Shown: piece after piece, positions 49,684 through 59,429 of the stretch
Layout of the letters: the number at the start of each line of letters is the position of its first letter
Numbering within the stretch: the first letter of the stretch is position 1
Sequence record: SRR2962707_1578
Direction: 5' to 3' (one strand)
DNA length: 64,000 nt
Made by a program: the position numbers and the translations under genes
Notes under the pieces: generated by a model
What the model was told of the DNA's origin: nothing
Database searches by the model: none
The model's input: the letters and a program-made list of their open reading frames with translations, nothing else

Positions 49684-52134
49684 ATGTTAGCGCTGCGTAA
49701 GAGACTGTCGTATAAACAGGCAAAGTGGGCATTAGGGTTAATGCTGCTATTGAGTATCATCATGAGCTCGTTTCAGATCATTGCGGATTGGCGAGAAGAA
49801 AAAGACAGCATTCATCATCGAATAATGGCGACATTCAACACGGTGAAAAGCGCGACCACTGAGGCCGCCTACACACTCAACTCGAGTCTGGCTGAACGAG
49901 TATTAGCAGGCTTGATTCAGTCTGACGTGTTTCGAGAAGTGACGTTAAGAGACGAGCTAGGCAATCAATTAGCCTACCTCTATCGCCCCGTTAAACCCTC
50001 GAACTTTCGTTGGCTGTCTGATTACTTATTCAATGGTTTAACCAAGAGGGTAGTGCTGCCACTGAACTACGATGGCCGTATCACAGTCGGCTCAGTGACG
50101 GGGGTGGTGGATGTTGGTGCGGTTACCGCCAGTTTTATTTCACGAAGTGTGCGCTTGGTGGGCATCACCATAACGATGACCTTGTTATTCGGCATTTCGA
50201 TGATGACCTTATTCTATTTGCTGACTTCTCGCCCTTTGAATCGCTTTATTGAAAAGTTGTCCCAACTTAGCGACAAAACCCTTTCCAGTACGACGTTGCA
50301 ATTTGAAGAAACGTCGCGGGATGACGAGCTTGGTGTGTTGGCGAGAACCTTTTCGGCACTGTGGCACCAGCAGAAATATGTGGAGAGCCAGTTAGAAAAG
50401 AGTGAGTCATACTTTAAAGCGGTGTTGCATCAGTCTAGTGAGTGTATGTTGCTGGCGAATTTGAAAGGTCGAATTTTGGACTGCAACAGCGAAGCGAGTC
50501 ATTTGCTCAGGTACGACCAAGAGCATTTGCTGACCCTCAATATCCAAGATATTGATCCTAAACATCATTTATCGTCAATGGAACTAAGCCTGACGGGAAC
50601 AGAAGACGTTAAGTTATTTGAAACGGAATACCGTCGTAGTGATGGCCATTTTATTCCTGTAGAAGTGCGCAGTAACGTTATTTTCTTGGATGAAAAACCG
50701 CACTTTTTGGCCTCTGTTCGAGACATTACTGAACGTAGAAAAGACCAAGAGAAAGTGAGGTATCTGGCTTATTACGATGCGTTAACCGAATTGCCAAATC
50801 GTCGCTTTTTTAATGAACGTCTAGAAAAAACCGTAGAAAAAGCAAAACAATCAGGCGTTGTTGGCGGCTTATTGTTTATTGATTTAGACCGCTTTAAAAG
50901 CATCAATGACTCCCTTGGGCATCATGCGGGTGATACTGTTCTAGTCAGAACGGCAAAACGAGTACAGTCGTTGTTATCAGAGCAGGATGTTGTGGCTCGT
51001 ATTGGAGGCGATGAGTTTGTTGTTTTGCTGCCCAGTTTGTCCGCAGACAGCGACAAAGCGCAGGCAGAAGTGACGCGCCTAGCGAATGATATATTGGACG
51101 CCTTGAGTCGACCGATTCACTTGAACCGTACTGAAATATTACTCAGTGCGAGTATTGGTATTAGCCTCTTTCCGTTGGATCAGTCCGATGGTATGAACAT
51201 TTTACAAAAAGCGGACACGGCCATGTATCAGGCCAAAGAGAATGGCCGTGGCAATTTGCACTTCTACAATGATGCGATGAGAAATTCAGCCGCTGAACGG
51301 CTCGCCATGGAAAAGGCATTGCATTACGCGCTCGAGAAAGACGAATTTTATTTAGTGTATCAACCTCAGGTAAACGATCGTGGCTATATCATCGGCTTTG
51401 AAGCCTTGTTGCGCTGGCACAATAGGGAGCTAGGGCAGGTTCCTCCGGGGCGTTTTATCCCCGTTGCAGAGGAAATCGGCTTGATTAGCGAGCTAGGTCA
51501 ATGGGTACTAGACACGGCATGTCATCAGTTAAAAATATGGCAAGATGCCGGATTACCGGCACGATTTAAGGCGTTGGCAATCAATATTAGCCCTTCTCAA
51601 TTCGCCAAAGACAGTTTTGTCGACACCATTCAAGATGTCATCGAGCGAACCAATATTGACCCTAATTTATTAGATCTCGAAATCACCGAAGGTATGTTGG
51701 TAGAGAGCATTACTTCTGTTGCGGCAAAAATGCGCAGTCTTAAGGAGAAAAACGTACATTTCTCCATCGACGATTTTGGGACTGGGTATTCGTCTCTGCG
51801 CTATCTTCAGCATCTACCGCTTGATCAATTAAAAATCGATCAGTCGTTTGTGAGGGATATTTCCAGCGACCCCAACAGTCATGTGATTATCAATACCATC
51901 ATATCCATGGCCAGCCACATGAACCTTTCCGTATTGGCAGAAGGCGTGGAGCATGGCGAAGAAAAAGACATTCTAATGCGCATTGGTTGCTCACGCTTCC
52001 AAGGCTACTACTTTTCGCGCCCAGTAGAGGTCGATACAGCGACAGCCTTGTTGCTCAACGATGCCCCGTTACCATCGAATATGGATACTAAAAGCAGCAT
52101 CACAGCAGCCGCTCAAATCTCAGCTGGCGGTTAA
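49684..52134 (+). CDS. Membrane HAMP-PAS-GGDEF-EAL protein
   Basis: Two TMs, RDDELG (HAMP), PAS, RIGGDEF, EALLRW and DDFGTGYSS. Confidence 0.92.
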   Translation: MLALRKRLSYKQAKWALGLMLLLSIIMSSFQIIADWREEKDSIHHRIMATFNTVKSATTEAAYTLNSSLAERVLAGLIQSDVFREVTLRDELGNQLAYLYRPVKPSNFRWLSDYLFNGLTKRVVLPLNYDGRITVGSVTGVVDVGAVTASFISRSVRLVGITITMTLLFGISMMTLFYLLTSRPLNRFIEKLSQLSDKTLSSTTLQFEETSRDDELGVLARTFSALWHQQKYVESQLEKSESYFKAVLHQSSECMLLANLKGRILDCNSEASHLLRYDQEHLLTLNIQDIDPKHHLSSMELSLTGTEDVKLFETEYRRSDGHFIPVEVRSNVIFLDEKPHFLASVRDITERRKDQEKVRYLAYYDALTELPNRRFFNERLEKTVEKAKQSGVVGGLLFIDLDRFKSINDSLGHHAGDTVLVRTAKRVQSLLSEQDVVARIGGDEFVVLLPSLSADSDKAQAEVTRLANDILDALSRPIHLNRTEILLSASIGISLFPLDQSDGMNILQKADTAMYQAKENGRGNLHFYNDAMRNSAAERLAMEKALHYALEKDEFYLVYQPQVNDRGYIIGFEALLRWHNRELGQVPPGRFIPVAEEIGLISELGQWVLDTACHQLKIWQDAGLPARFKALAINISPSQFAKDSFVDTIQDVIERTNIDPNLLDLEITEGMLVESITSVAAKMRSLKEKNVHFSIDDFGTGYSSLRYLQHLPLDQLKIDQSFVRDISSDPNSHVIINTIISMASHMNLSVLAEGVEHGEEKDILMRIGCSRFQGYYFSRPVEVDTATALLLNDAPLPSNMDTKSSITAAAQISAGG

Positions 52135-52225
52135 TGTTAGCTATTGTGCGCGTTTTTGACCCTCACAATGGAGGACTTCTCTGTCATCATCTTGGCTACC
52201 TAACAATAAGAATAAGGAGGTACCG

Positions 52226-52738
52226 GTGAAAAAGTGGATGGTAACAGGATCGCTGCTCATAGGATTAAGTTCGAGCGTATTTGCGGCGCCAGTCGATGGT
52301 CAGTGGTATTTGCAAGACGCTGGCAGTACTCAAGCTAAGCTGGATGCGGCGGTAGACAGTGTTGCGAAAGAGATGAATTTTTTTGTGCGCATGATAGCGC
52401 GGCCGATTCTGGAGAAAGAAGCCAGAATTTGCCACCAATGGCAGCTATCGACACAAGCCAAGCAATGGCAGTGGCAGTGCGATACAGAAGCAGCAGAGAC
52501 GATCCCATTAAATGCAAATCGCTTTAAAACCCAGGGCGATGATGATCGCGAGATTTTCTCGACATTCCATCAAACCGCGAACGAAGTGGACGTCATACTG
52601 GAGTCCGAACGCGGTAAACGCACCAATACATGGAAGATGTTAGACGCGAATACATTGGAATATACGGCCACGTTAGAGTCGGAGAAATTGCCGAAGCCAT
52701 TAACTTGGACTTTGACTTATACGCATACGAAACCGTAA
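52226..52738 (+). CDS. Secreted hypothetical protein
   Basis: AAGGAGG RBS before the GTG start, signal peptide ending VFA, and a beta-rich mature part with two Cys. Confidence 0.75.
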   Translation: MKKWMVTGSLLIGLSSSVFAAPVDGQWYLQDAGSTQAKLDAAVDSVAKEMNFFVRMIARPILEKEARICHQWQLSTQAKQWQWQCDTEAAETIPLNANRFKTQGDDDREIFSTFHQTANEVDVILESERGKRTNTWKMLDANTLEYTATLESEKLPKPLTWTLTYTHTKP

Positions 52739-52763
52739 ATTTTCATGATAAATCGCCTTCAAT

Positions 52764-52799
52764 AAAAAGAGTCGTTCACAATGTGAACGGCTCTTTTTT
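52764..52799. terminator. Bidirectional intrinsic terminator
   Basis: AAAAAGAGTCGTTCAC-AAT-GTGAACGGCTCTTTTTT. Confidence 0.85.
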
Positions 52800-52830
52800 G
52801 TTGCTCATATCTAGGCTAAAAGCGGGTTTC

Positions 52831-54444
52831 TTATTCGCGTTTGATCGCGCCAGTTGGCGCGTAGTCTTGTGGCGCTAAAGGGGAATGCGCGTGGATGTAG
52901 TCTTTCAGTACATCGGCGTCGGTGTAGCCTGAATTCACAAAGCTCGGGTGCTGGCTGATTTTAGGGTAACCGTCACCACCGCTGGCGGAAAACTCATTGA
53001 GTGCCACCCGATAATGACGGGTTGGATTGAGCGGCTGCCCATTCACTTTAATGTGCGTCGCTTTGCCGTTTTGTAGTGTCAGTGATACGCCTTGAATCTG
53101 AGCGAAGCCACCGGTTCCTGGCGGAATAGAGGCGACGGCAGACAAGTAATCGGTGAGTTCCTGCGCAGAAAAGTCGATGTAGGACACCATGTTGCCAAAC
53201 GGCTGTACTTGGAGAACGCTTTTGTAGGTGATTCGACCTTTAGGAAGGTCATCGCGGATGCCTCCTGAGTTCATAATGCCAATGTCAGCCTTGGTTTTTT
53301 CCATCATGGCGCGGGCGATTAGATTGCCTAAATTCGTCTCGCGGTAACGCACACTGTGTCGATCACCGATAAAACGTCCGTTAGCGTCACCGACTTTCAC
53401 GCTGAGCTCTTTTTGGCCTTTTTCTTGGTAAGGCGTAAGCAGCGCTATCATGCTGGGGTCTTCGGCGATTTTATCGTTGAGCAACGCGCGTGTGTTGTTA
53501 GCCTCTGCGGAGGCGGCGGTTTTCTTCTGTAGGTTGATAGGGATGAGTTTATAGTGAGAAGACACAATCGCGCCATTTTTGATCACAAGATCAAGACGAC
53601 CTAGGTATTTTCCCCACTCGTGCGCTTGTAAAATCAAGGTGCCATTTTGCACGTCAGGTTTGAATAAAGGGTCTTGAGAATGGCCTCCGACAATCACATC
53701 GATACCAGGTACGGCTCGTGCTAAGGCGACATCACCAGGAGCATTGCTACCGTGTTGACCATTATCATAATGGCCCATATGCGTCACAGCGATGATGAGA
53801 TCGGCTTGCTTACGCAGTTCAGGAATGAGTTTTTTGGCGACTTCGATTGGAGAACGAATTTCGACGCCTTTCAGATTTTCTGGGTTTCCTTGCTTGATGG
53901 TGTCGTCTGTGGTGAAACCGACAACCGCCACTTTAAGGTCCCCTTCTTGAAAGATTTTATAAGCCTGAAACAAGGGGGCACCGGTGCTTTTGTCGAACAC
54001 ATTGGCCGAAAGAAAAGGAAATCCAGCCCACTCTTGCTGCTTTCTCAGCACTGGTAAGGTGTTATCGAACTCATGGTTGCCTATCGCCATAGCGTCGTAG
54101 CCGAGTAGGCGCATGCCTTTAAAATCGGGCTCTGCATTTTGCAAATCGGACTCAGGCACGCCGGTATTAATGTCTCCGCCAGAGAGCAATAGCATGTGCG
54201 CGTCATCTAAGGCGACTTCTTCGCGAATATTATCGACCAAGGTTTTACGCGCTGCCATGCCGTATTCGCCTTGGCTATTTTTCCAGAAATGCCCGTGATG
54301 ATCATTGGTGTGCAAGATGGTGAGGTGGTATTCCTTGCCTGGCTGCCAATCTGGTTGCCGTGGCGTCATCACGGTACAGCCCGCTATCAGAGCAATAACA
54401 CTAAAAATGATGAGGTGGTGCATAAAGCGAGAGAGTCGTTTCAT
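52831..54444 (-). CDS. ushA: UDP-sugar hydrolase / 5'-nucleotidase lipoprotein
   Basis: Lipobox IAGC, LHTNDHHGHFW, GGDINTGVPESD, GNHEFD and GGHSQ. Confidence 0.93.
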   Translation of the reverse strand: MKRLSRFMHHLIIFSVIALIAGCTVMTPRQPDWQPGKEYHLTILHTNDHHGHFWKNSQGEYGMAARKTLVDNIREEVALDDAHMLLLSGGDINTGVPESDLQNAEPDFKGMRLLGYDAMAIGNHEFDNTLPVLRKQQEWAGFPFLSANVFDKSTGAPLFQAYKIFQEGDLKVAVVGFTTDDTIKQGNPENLKGVEIRSPIEVAKKLIPELRKQADLIIAVTHMGHYDNGQHGSNAPGDVALARAVPGIDVIVGGHSQDPLFKPDVQNGTLILQAHEWGKYLGRLDLVIKNGAIVSSHYKLIPINLQKKTAASAEANNTRALLNDKIAEDPSMIALLTPYQEKGQKELSVKVGDANGRFIGDRHSVRYRETNLGNLIARAMMEKTKADIGIMNSGGIRDDLPKGRITYKSVLQVQPFGNMVSYIDFSAQELTDYLSAVASIPPGTGGFAQIQGVSLTLQNGKATHIKVNGQPLNPTRHYRVALNEFSASGGDGYPKISQHPSFVNSGYTDADVLKDYIHAHSPLAPQDYAPTGAIKRE

Positions 54445-54634
54445 GTCTTGGTTCCTTTAAGATCGTGATGATGCGCCATGCGTGCGCCCCTTGAATGAAT
54501 GCGGAATAGGCTCCGTGACATTACGATGGGGATTAATATGGGAAGGTAACGCAAATGGGGAATGAATTCGAGACACTATCTTGTAAAGAGCGGCGAGTAC
54601 TGGCTGAAAAGGGGGGGCGTAGAGAATGAAGGCC

Positions 54635-54660
54635 AAAAAAAGCCAACCCGAAGGTTGGCG
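54635..54660 (-). terminator. Strong intrinsic terminator with a C(UUCG)G-type loop
   Basis: Minus strand GCCAACC-TTCG-GGTTGGC-TTTTTTT. Confidence 0.85.
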
Positions 54661-54670
54661 AAAATAGTGC

Positions 54671-54754
54671 TTAGGTACTATCAAAAAGAGATTAGGATCT
54701 AGCAAAAAGAGATTAGGTGCTCTCAAAAAGAGATTAGGGTCTAGCAAAAAGAGG
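54671..54754. repeat. Tandem array of four 21-bp units, TTAGG-N6-CAAAAAGAG(A/G)
   Basis: Units start at 54671, 54692, 54713 and 54734. The N6 cores are TACTAT, ATCTAG, TGCTCT and GTCTAG. Confidence 0.95.
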
Positions 54755-54788
54755 CATAAAATCCATCAAACCTTTTTAAGTGCGACCC

Positions 54789-54827
54789 AAAAAACATCTA
54801 GACGTTTATTAAAAACGCCTAGATGTT
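54789..54827 (-). terminator. Hairpin / terminator after the sugar ABC ATPase gene
   Basis: Minus strand AACATCTAGGCGTTT-TTAAT-AAACGTCTAGATGTT-TTTT. Confidence 0.75.
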
Positions 54828-54838
54828 CCTAAAATCGC

Positions 54839-55948
54839 TTAAATATCCAAACGATGGCCTGTCTTTGGTTCGAAAATAACGGCTTTAGAGGTATCAAACA
54901 TCATGTCGATCACAGAACCCGGCTCAGCAAGGTAGCTTGGGTTAGAGCGACAGTTAATTTCCGCATCATTGATTCGGGTGATGATCATGGTGTCGGCACC
55001 CATTGGCTCCGTTACTTCTACTTCTACGCCAGTGGTCATAACAAACTCTTGGCCCTCTTTATGAGGTTGTGGTTCGGTAATCATTTCTGGACGCAGACCC
55101 AGTAAAACGGTTTCCCCTATGCGGCTTTTCAGCGATTTAGGTCTTGGGAATGGAATCGCCGTGGTGGTGTTGGCCGCTAGCTCTAGCATTGGTGTGCCAT
55201 TTTGATCGACGACTTTTGCCGGGATGAAGTTCATCGCCGGAGACCCCATAAATCCGGCCACAAACAAGTTGGCTGGGTTGTCATAGATTTCTTGTGGGGT
55301 GCCAAGCTGCTGCACTTCACCGTCTTTCATGACCGCAATACGGTCGGCCAAGGTCATGGCTTCGATTTGGTCATGGGTTACGTAGACGATGGTTGTGCCG
55401 AGTTTCTTGTGCAGTTTTTTAATTTCGGTACGCATTTCGACACGCAGTTTTGCGTCTAGGTTAGAAAGCGGCTCATCGAATAAGTACAGCTGAGGGCGGC
55501 GAGCAAGCGCACGTCCCATCGCCACACGTTGGCGTTGACCGCCTGATAATTGTGCCGGCTTACGATCGAGCAAGTGACTAATTTGTAACAGTTCAGCAAC
55601 GCGCTGTATTTCTACGTCGCGGTCTGCCTTTGGTACTTTGCGCATTTCTAAACCAAACGAGATATTTTGCTCTACCGTCATGTTTGGGTACAAGGCATAA
55701 GATTGAAACACCATGGCGATATCACGGTCTTTTGGGCTGGTGTAGGTGACGTCTTTATCGTCGATCAGAATGCGACCTTCCGTGACGTCTTCTAGTCCGG
55801 CGATGGAATTCATCAAAGTGGATTTACCACAACCTGATGGTCCCACCAAAATTAAGAATTCACCGGCTTCGATGGAAATGTTAATGCCTTTTAGAATCTC
55901 GGTTTTACCGTAGCTTTTTTTAACGTTATCTATGGTTAGGTTTGCCAT
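54839..55948 (-). CDS. Sugar ABC transporter ATP-binding protein (MalK/GtsD-like)
   Basis: GPSGCGKST, VFQSYALYP, LSGGQRQR and DEPLSNLDAKLR. Confidence 0.93.
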   Translation of the reverse strand: MANLTIDNVKKSYGKTEILKGINISIEAGEFLILVGPSGCGKSTLMNSIAGLEDVTEGRILIDDKDVTYTSPKDRDIAMVFQSYALYPNMTVEQNISFGLEMRKVPKADRDVEIQRVAELLQISHLLDRKPAQLSGGQRQRVAMGRALARRPQLYLFDEPLSNLDAKLRVEMRTEIKKLHKKLGTTIVYVTHDQIEAMTLADRIAVMKDGEVQQLGTPQEIYDNPANLFVAGFMGSPAMNFIPAKVVDQNGTPMLELAANTTTAIPFPRPKSLKSRIGETVLLGLRPEMITEPQPHKEGQEFVMTTGVEVEVTEPMGADTMIITRINDAEINCRSNPSYLAEPGSVIDMMFDTSKAVIFEPKTGHRLDI

Positions 55949-56015
55949 GTTATTGCTCCAAATTCTGTCTAAATCGCCCGCGCAGTGAAAAAATGTATAG
56001 GCGCGAGCGGTGTTG

Positions 56016-56909
56016 TTAACCTTTTACGGCACCGGCGGTTAAGCCACGGACGAAGTATTTTCCTGCTAATACGTAAACGACTATGGTTGGCAAGGCCGCG
56101 ATGATGGCAGCGGCCATATCGACGTTATATTCTTTACCACCAAAGCTGGTATTCACTAGGTTGTTCAAGGCAACGGTGACGGGTTGAGAGTCAAAGCCAG
56201 AGAACGCCACACCAAATAAGAAATCGTTCCAAATTTGTGTGAATTGCCAGATGACGGTCACGACGATAATCGGTGTAGAAACCGGCAAAATAATGCGATA
56301 GAAAATGGTAAAGAAACCGGCGCCATCAAGACGTGCCGCTTTGACCAATTCGCCTGGAATAGACTGATAGAAGTTACGGAAGAAGAGCGTTGTAAACGCC
56401 ACACCGTAGACCACATGCACAAAGACCAAACCTGTGGTTGAACTGGCAATGCCTAACCAACCTAGTGTCTGTGCCATTGGCAGTAATACCACTTGGAAAG
56501 GGATAAAACAGCCAAGTAACAAGGCGGCAAAGAACAGGTCACTGCCACGGAATTTCCATAAAGAAATAACGTAACCGTTGATCGCGCCCAGCAAGGTGGA
56601 GATCGCCACTGCAGGAATCACAATTTTAAAAGAGTTCAAAAAGTATGGGGAAATCCCCGTACAAGTACTGCCAGTACAGGCGCCAGACCAGGCTTTAGTC
56701 CAAGAGTCGAAATGCAAATAAGCCGGTAACGACAATAATGTACCGTTACGCACTTCTTCTGAGTCTTTTAAGGAGGTAATTAACATGATGACCAGTGGCA
56801 TCAGGTAGAAAAAGGCCATTGCCAAAAGCACCGTATATAAGGCGATGCGCAACACCTTGCTAACGCCGGATGTTTTACGAGCGACTGGGTTATTTTTCAT
56901 TTTTTTCAC
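56016..56909 (-). CDS. Sugar ABC transporter permease (GtsC-like)
   Basis: AARLDGA, WQFTQIWNDFLFG and C-terminal GLTAGAVKG. Confidence 0.92.
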   Translation of the reverse strand: MKKMKNNPVARKTSGVSKVLRIALYTVLLAMAFFYLMPLVIMLITSLKDSEEVRNGTLLSLPAYLHFDSWTKAWSGACTGSTCTGISPYFLNSFKIVIPAVAISTLLGAINGYVISLWKFRGSDLFFAALLLGCFIPFQVVLLPMAQTLGWLGIASSTTGLVFVHVVYGVAFTTLFFRNFYQSIPGELVKAARLDGAGFFTIFYRIILPVSTPIIVVTVIWQFTQIWNDFLFGVAFSGFDSQPVTVALNNLVNTSFGGKEYNVDMAAAIIAALPTIVVYVLAGKYFVRGLTAGAVKG

Positions 56910-57822
56910 CTCGTAACTCTGAGTACAAATAAGGGACTAAGATCGCCAAGATACAGCCTAGCATCACCATTGCTGATGCCGAGCCCATACCAATTTGGCT
57001 ACGAGTGAAGGTGTAGGTGTACATGAAGTTAGCCGGTAAGTCAGACGCGTAACCTGGACCGCCATTGGTTAGCGCTTGAACCAAGTCGAAACTCTTAATT
57101 GCAATGTGGGACAAGATCACCAAAGCACTGAAGAAAACAGGTTTTAGCGACGGTAAAATAATACGGCGATAGGTGGTAAAGGTGCTGGCACCATCAAGAT
57201 GAGCGGCTTTGATTAAGTCACCATCTACGCCACGCAGACCCGCTAAGAAAAGCGCCATTACAAAACCAGAGGCTTGCCAGACGGCCGCAATAACCAAACA
57301 GTACACCACCATGTCGGGGTTGGTGAGCCAATCAAATTTAAAGTTCTCAAAGCCCATGTCTATCATCAGCTTTTGAATGCCATTGGTTGGGTTTAATAAC
57401 CACTTCCAGGCGGTACCAGTCACGATAAATGAGATCGCCATTGGGTAAAGGTAAATGGTTCGAAGCGCGCCTTCTGCACGGATTTTCTGATCTAGGAAAA
57501 TGGCTAACATGATGCCAAGGAATAAACAGATCAAAATAAACAAGCTGCCGAAGATGCCGAGGTTAGTCAGCGCCACCATCCAACGGTCGTTGTTAAACAA
57601 GCGCTCGTATTGATCCCAGCCAACGAATTTGTACGAAGGCAGCATACGAGAGTTAGTAAAAGAGAGCACGGCGCTCCAAATCATGTAGCCATAAATACAC
57701 ACAATGGCGATGATCATGGTTGGCGCGAGTACAATTTTAGGCATCCAATCGGCCAAACTGAAGCGCGCAGAGCGTCCTGACTGAGTCTTTTTTGACCCAG
57801 AATTGGCGGTGTTAGTATTCAT
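56890..57822 (-). CDS. Sugar ABC transporter permease (GtsB-like)
   Basis: LYPMAISFIVTGTAWKW, AAHLDGA and IKSFDLV. Confidence 0.92.
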   Translation of the reverse strand: MNTNTANSGSKKTQSGRSARFSLADWMPKIVLAPTMIIAIVCIYGYMIWSAVLSFTNSRMLPSYKFVGWDQYERLFNNDRWMVALTNLGIFGSLFILICLFLGIMLAIFLDQKIRAEGALRTIYLYPMAISFIVTGTAWKWLLNPTNGIQKLMIDMGFENFKFDWLTNPDMVVYCLVIAAVWQASGFVMALFLAGLRGVDGDLIKAAHLDGASTFTTYRRIILPSLKPVFFSALVILSHIAIKSFDLVQALTNGGPGYASDLPANFMYTYTFTRSQIGMGSASAMVMLGCILAILVPYLYSELRGEKNEK

Positions 57823-57895
57823 AATTGATTACTTCACTACAAAGGAGAAATAAAGAGGCTGACCAGCGGTCAGCCTCGCGAGCAGGTGGTGATGA

Positions 57896-59143
57896 TTACA
57901 TGCTTGCTTTAACAGCGCGGGCCAATTTGTCAGCCGCTTGTTCTGGCGTCATGCTTTCTGTGTTGAAGAAGTTTGTGATGACATCAAACATAGCGCCTTG
58001 AACCATAGAGTTCACTGCCATGCCGTGAGCCATGCTTGGCAATAGATCGCCAGACGCGGATGCGGCATTGAAGGCGTCCATAGACGAGTCGGCACAAGTA
58101 TCGAATTTATCTCGAGGCATGCCTAAACGTACTGGGATAGACCCTTTCGCTAAGTTGAAGGTTTCTTGGAATTTAGGCTCAAGAATCAAACGAGCCAAGT
58201 CTTTTTGGGCTTTTTGTGTGTCTTTGCCATCGACTTGGAACATCGCAAGAGAGTCGATGTTAAACGTGTATTGACCACTGGTGCCCGGTGCTGGCACACA
58301 GATGTAATCGATACCTGGTTTTTTGCCCGCTGAAGTAAATTCGCCTTTTGCCCAGTCACCCATGACCTGCATCGCCGCTTTACCGTTGATAACCAAAGAG
58401 GTTGCTACGTTCCAGTCTCGGCCAGAGAAACCTGGGTCGACGTATTGACGCATCTTTTTGAAGGTCGTTAGTGCGTCGATCATTTTCGGACCTTTAAGCG
58501 CATCGTCTTTTAGGTCGATGAAAGCCGCTTTATAGAAATCGGTTCCTTCTGAAAGAGCAATGGCTTCGAATAGTGTTGCGTCTTGCCATGCTTGGCCGCC
58601 ATGAGCGAGAGGAATGAAACCGGCTTTTTTGATTTTGTCGGCCGCGACAAAGAATTGGTCCCAAGTGGTTGGAATCGATGCGCCCGCTTTACGGAATACA
58701 TCTGGGTTTGCCCACAACCAGTTTACACGGTGTACGTTGACTGGTGCCGCAACATAATGACCATCGTATTTCATGACATTACTAACCACAGGAGGAAGAA
58801 TTTGATCCCAGTGTCCCGCTTTTGCGACATCGTCTATATTTGCTAAGAAACCTAGATCGCCCCATTCTTGGATAGTAGGGCCTTTGATTTGTGCTGCGGC
58901 TGGAGGGTTGCCTGCAATAGCGCGGGATTTTAGAACGGTCATAGCGGATTCACCACCACCACCGGCGACGGCAAAGTCTTTCCAAGTGTCGCCAGCATCT
59001 TCCATTTCTTGTTTCAGAACGTTGATTGCTGTTGCTTCACTGCCCGATGTCCACCAGTGAAGTACTTCTACTTCACCTGCTTGGCTGTTGGCTGCTGCCA
59101 ACGCGAGTGCCACGGTAGACAAGCCTAATGCAATTTTCTTCAT
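57896..59143 (-). CDS. Glucose/mannose-type ABC substrate-binding protein (GtsA-like)
   Basis: EVEVLHWWTSG, WKDFAVAGGGG, PVNVHRVNW and MGDWAKGE. Probable start MKKIA at 59143. Confidence 0.88.
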   Translation of the reverse strand: MKKIALGLSTVALALAAANSQAGEVEVLHWWTSGSEATAINVLKQEMEDAGDTWKDFAVAGGGGESAMTVLKSRAIAGNPPAAAQIKGPTIQEWGDLGFLANIDDVAKAGHWDQILPPVVSNVMKYDGHYVAAPVNVHRVNWLWANPDVFRKAGASIPTTWDQFFVAADKIKKAGFIPLAHGGQAWQDATLFEAIALSEGTDFYKAAFIDLKDDALKGPKMIDALTTFKKMRQYVDPGFSGRDWNVATSLVINGKAAMQVMGDWAKGEFTSAGKKPGIDYICVPAPGTSGQYTFNIDSLAMFQVDGKDTQKAQKDLARLILEPKFQETFNLAKGSIPVRLGMPRDKFDTCADSSMDAFNAASASGDLLPSMAHGMAVNSMVQGAMFDVITNFFNTESMTPEQAADKLARAVKASM

Positions 59144-59429
59144 GATAGTGACCTTTGTTATTTTTATGGTATCCAAGCGCTGAAGGCTTGGTTTATTGTT
59201 AACTTGAAGGGCATCTACGCAAGATACCTTATCAAGAGTCTCAATTTAGCAGAGCGCTTGCTGTTGATGGGTAAGATAGAGCAACCAAATGTAACAAAGT
59301 CTTGCAAAAGCGCGGCGATTTGAAGGAAAACGGATAGTAAAAGAGAGAATAATTGACTTTTTTTGCGGTTTTCCTCTTAACAATGTGCATAAACTTGCAC
59401 TGTGTGTTGAGTGAAAAAAAGCCCTTTAT

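Noticed and set aside
54513..54530. Pho box upstream of ushA
   Set aside because: Only one good half-site (ATGTCAC on the minus strand) and no properly spaced -10.
54611..54617. G7 tract as a phase-variation site
   Set aside because: It is short, intergenic and not demonstrably within a promoter spacer.
54457..54747. 96-aa ORF with repeated PNLFL
   Set aside because: TTG start inside the repeat with no RBS, and it runs through a strong terminator. It is a by-product of the 21-bp period.
54671..54754. CRISPR array or type III antitoxin array
   Set aside because: The variable parts are only 6 bp and resemble each other. There are no cas genes and no toxin ORF downstream.
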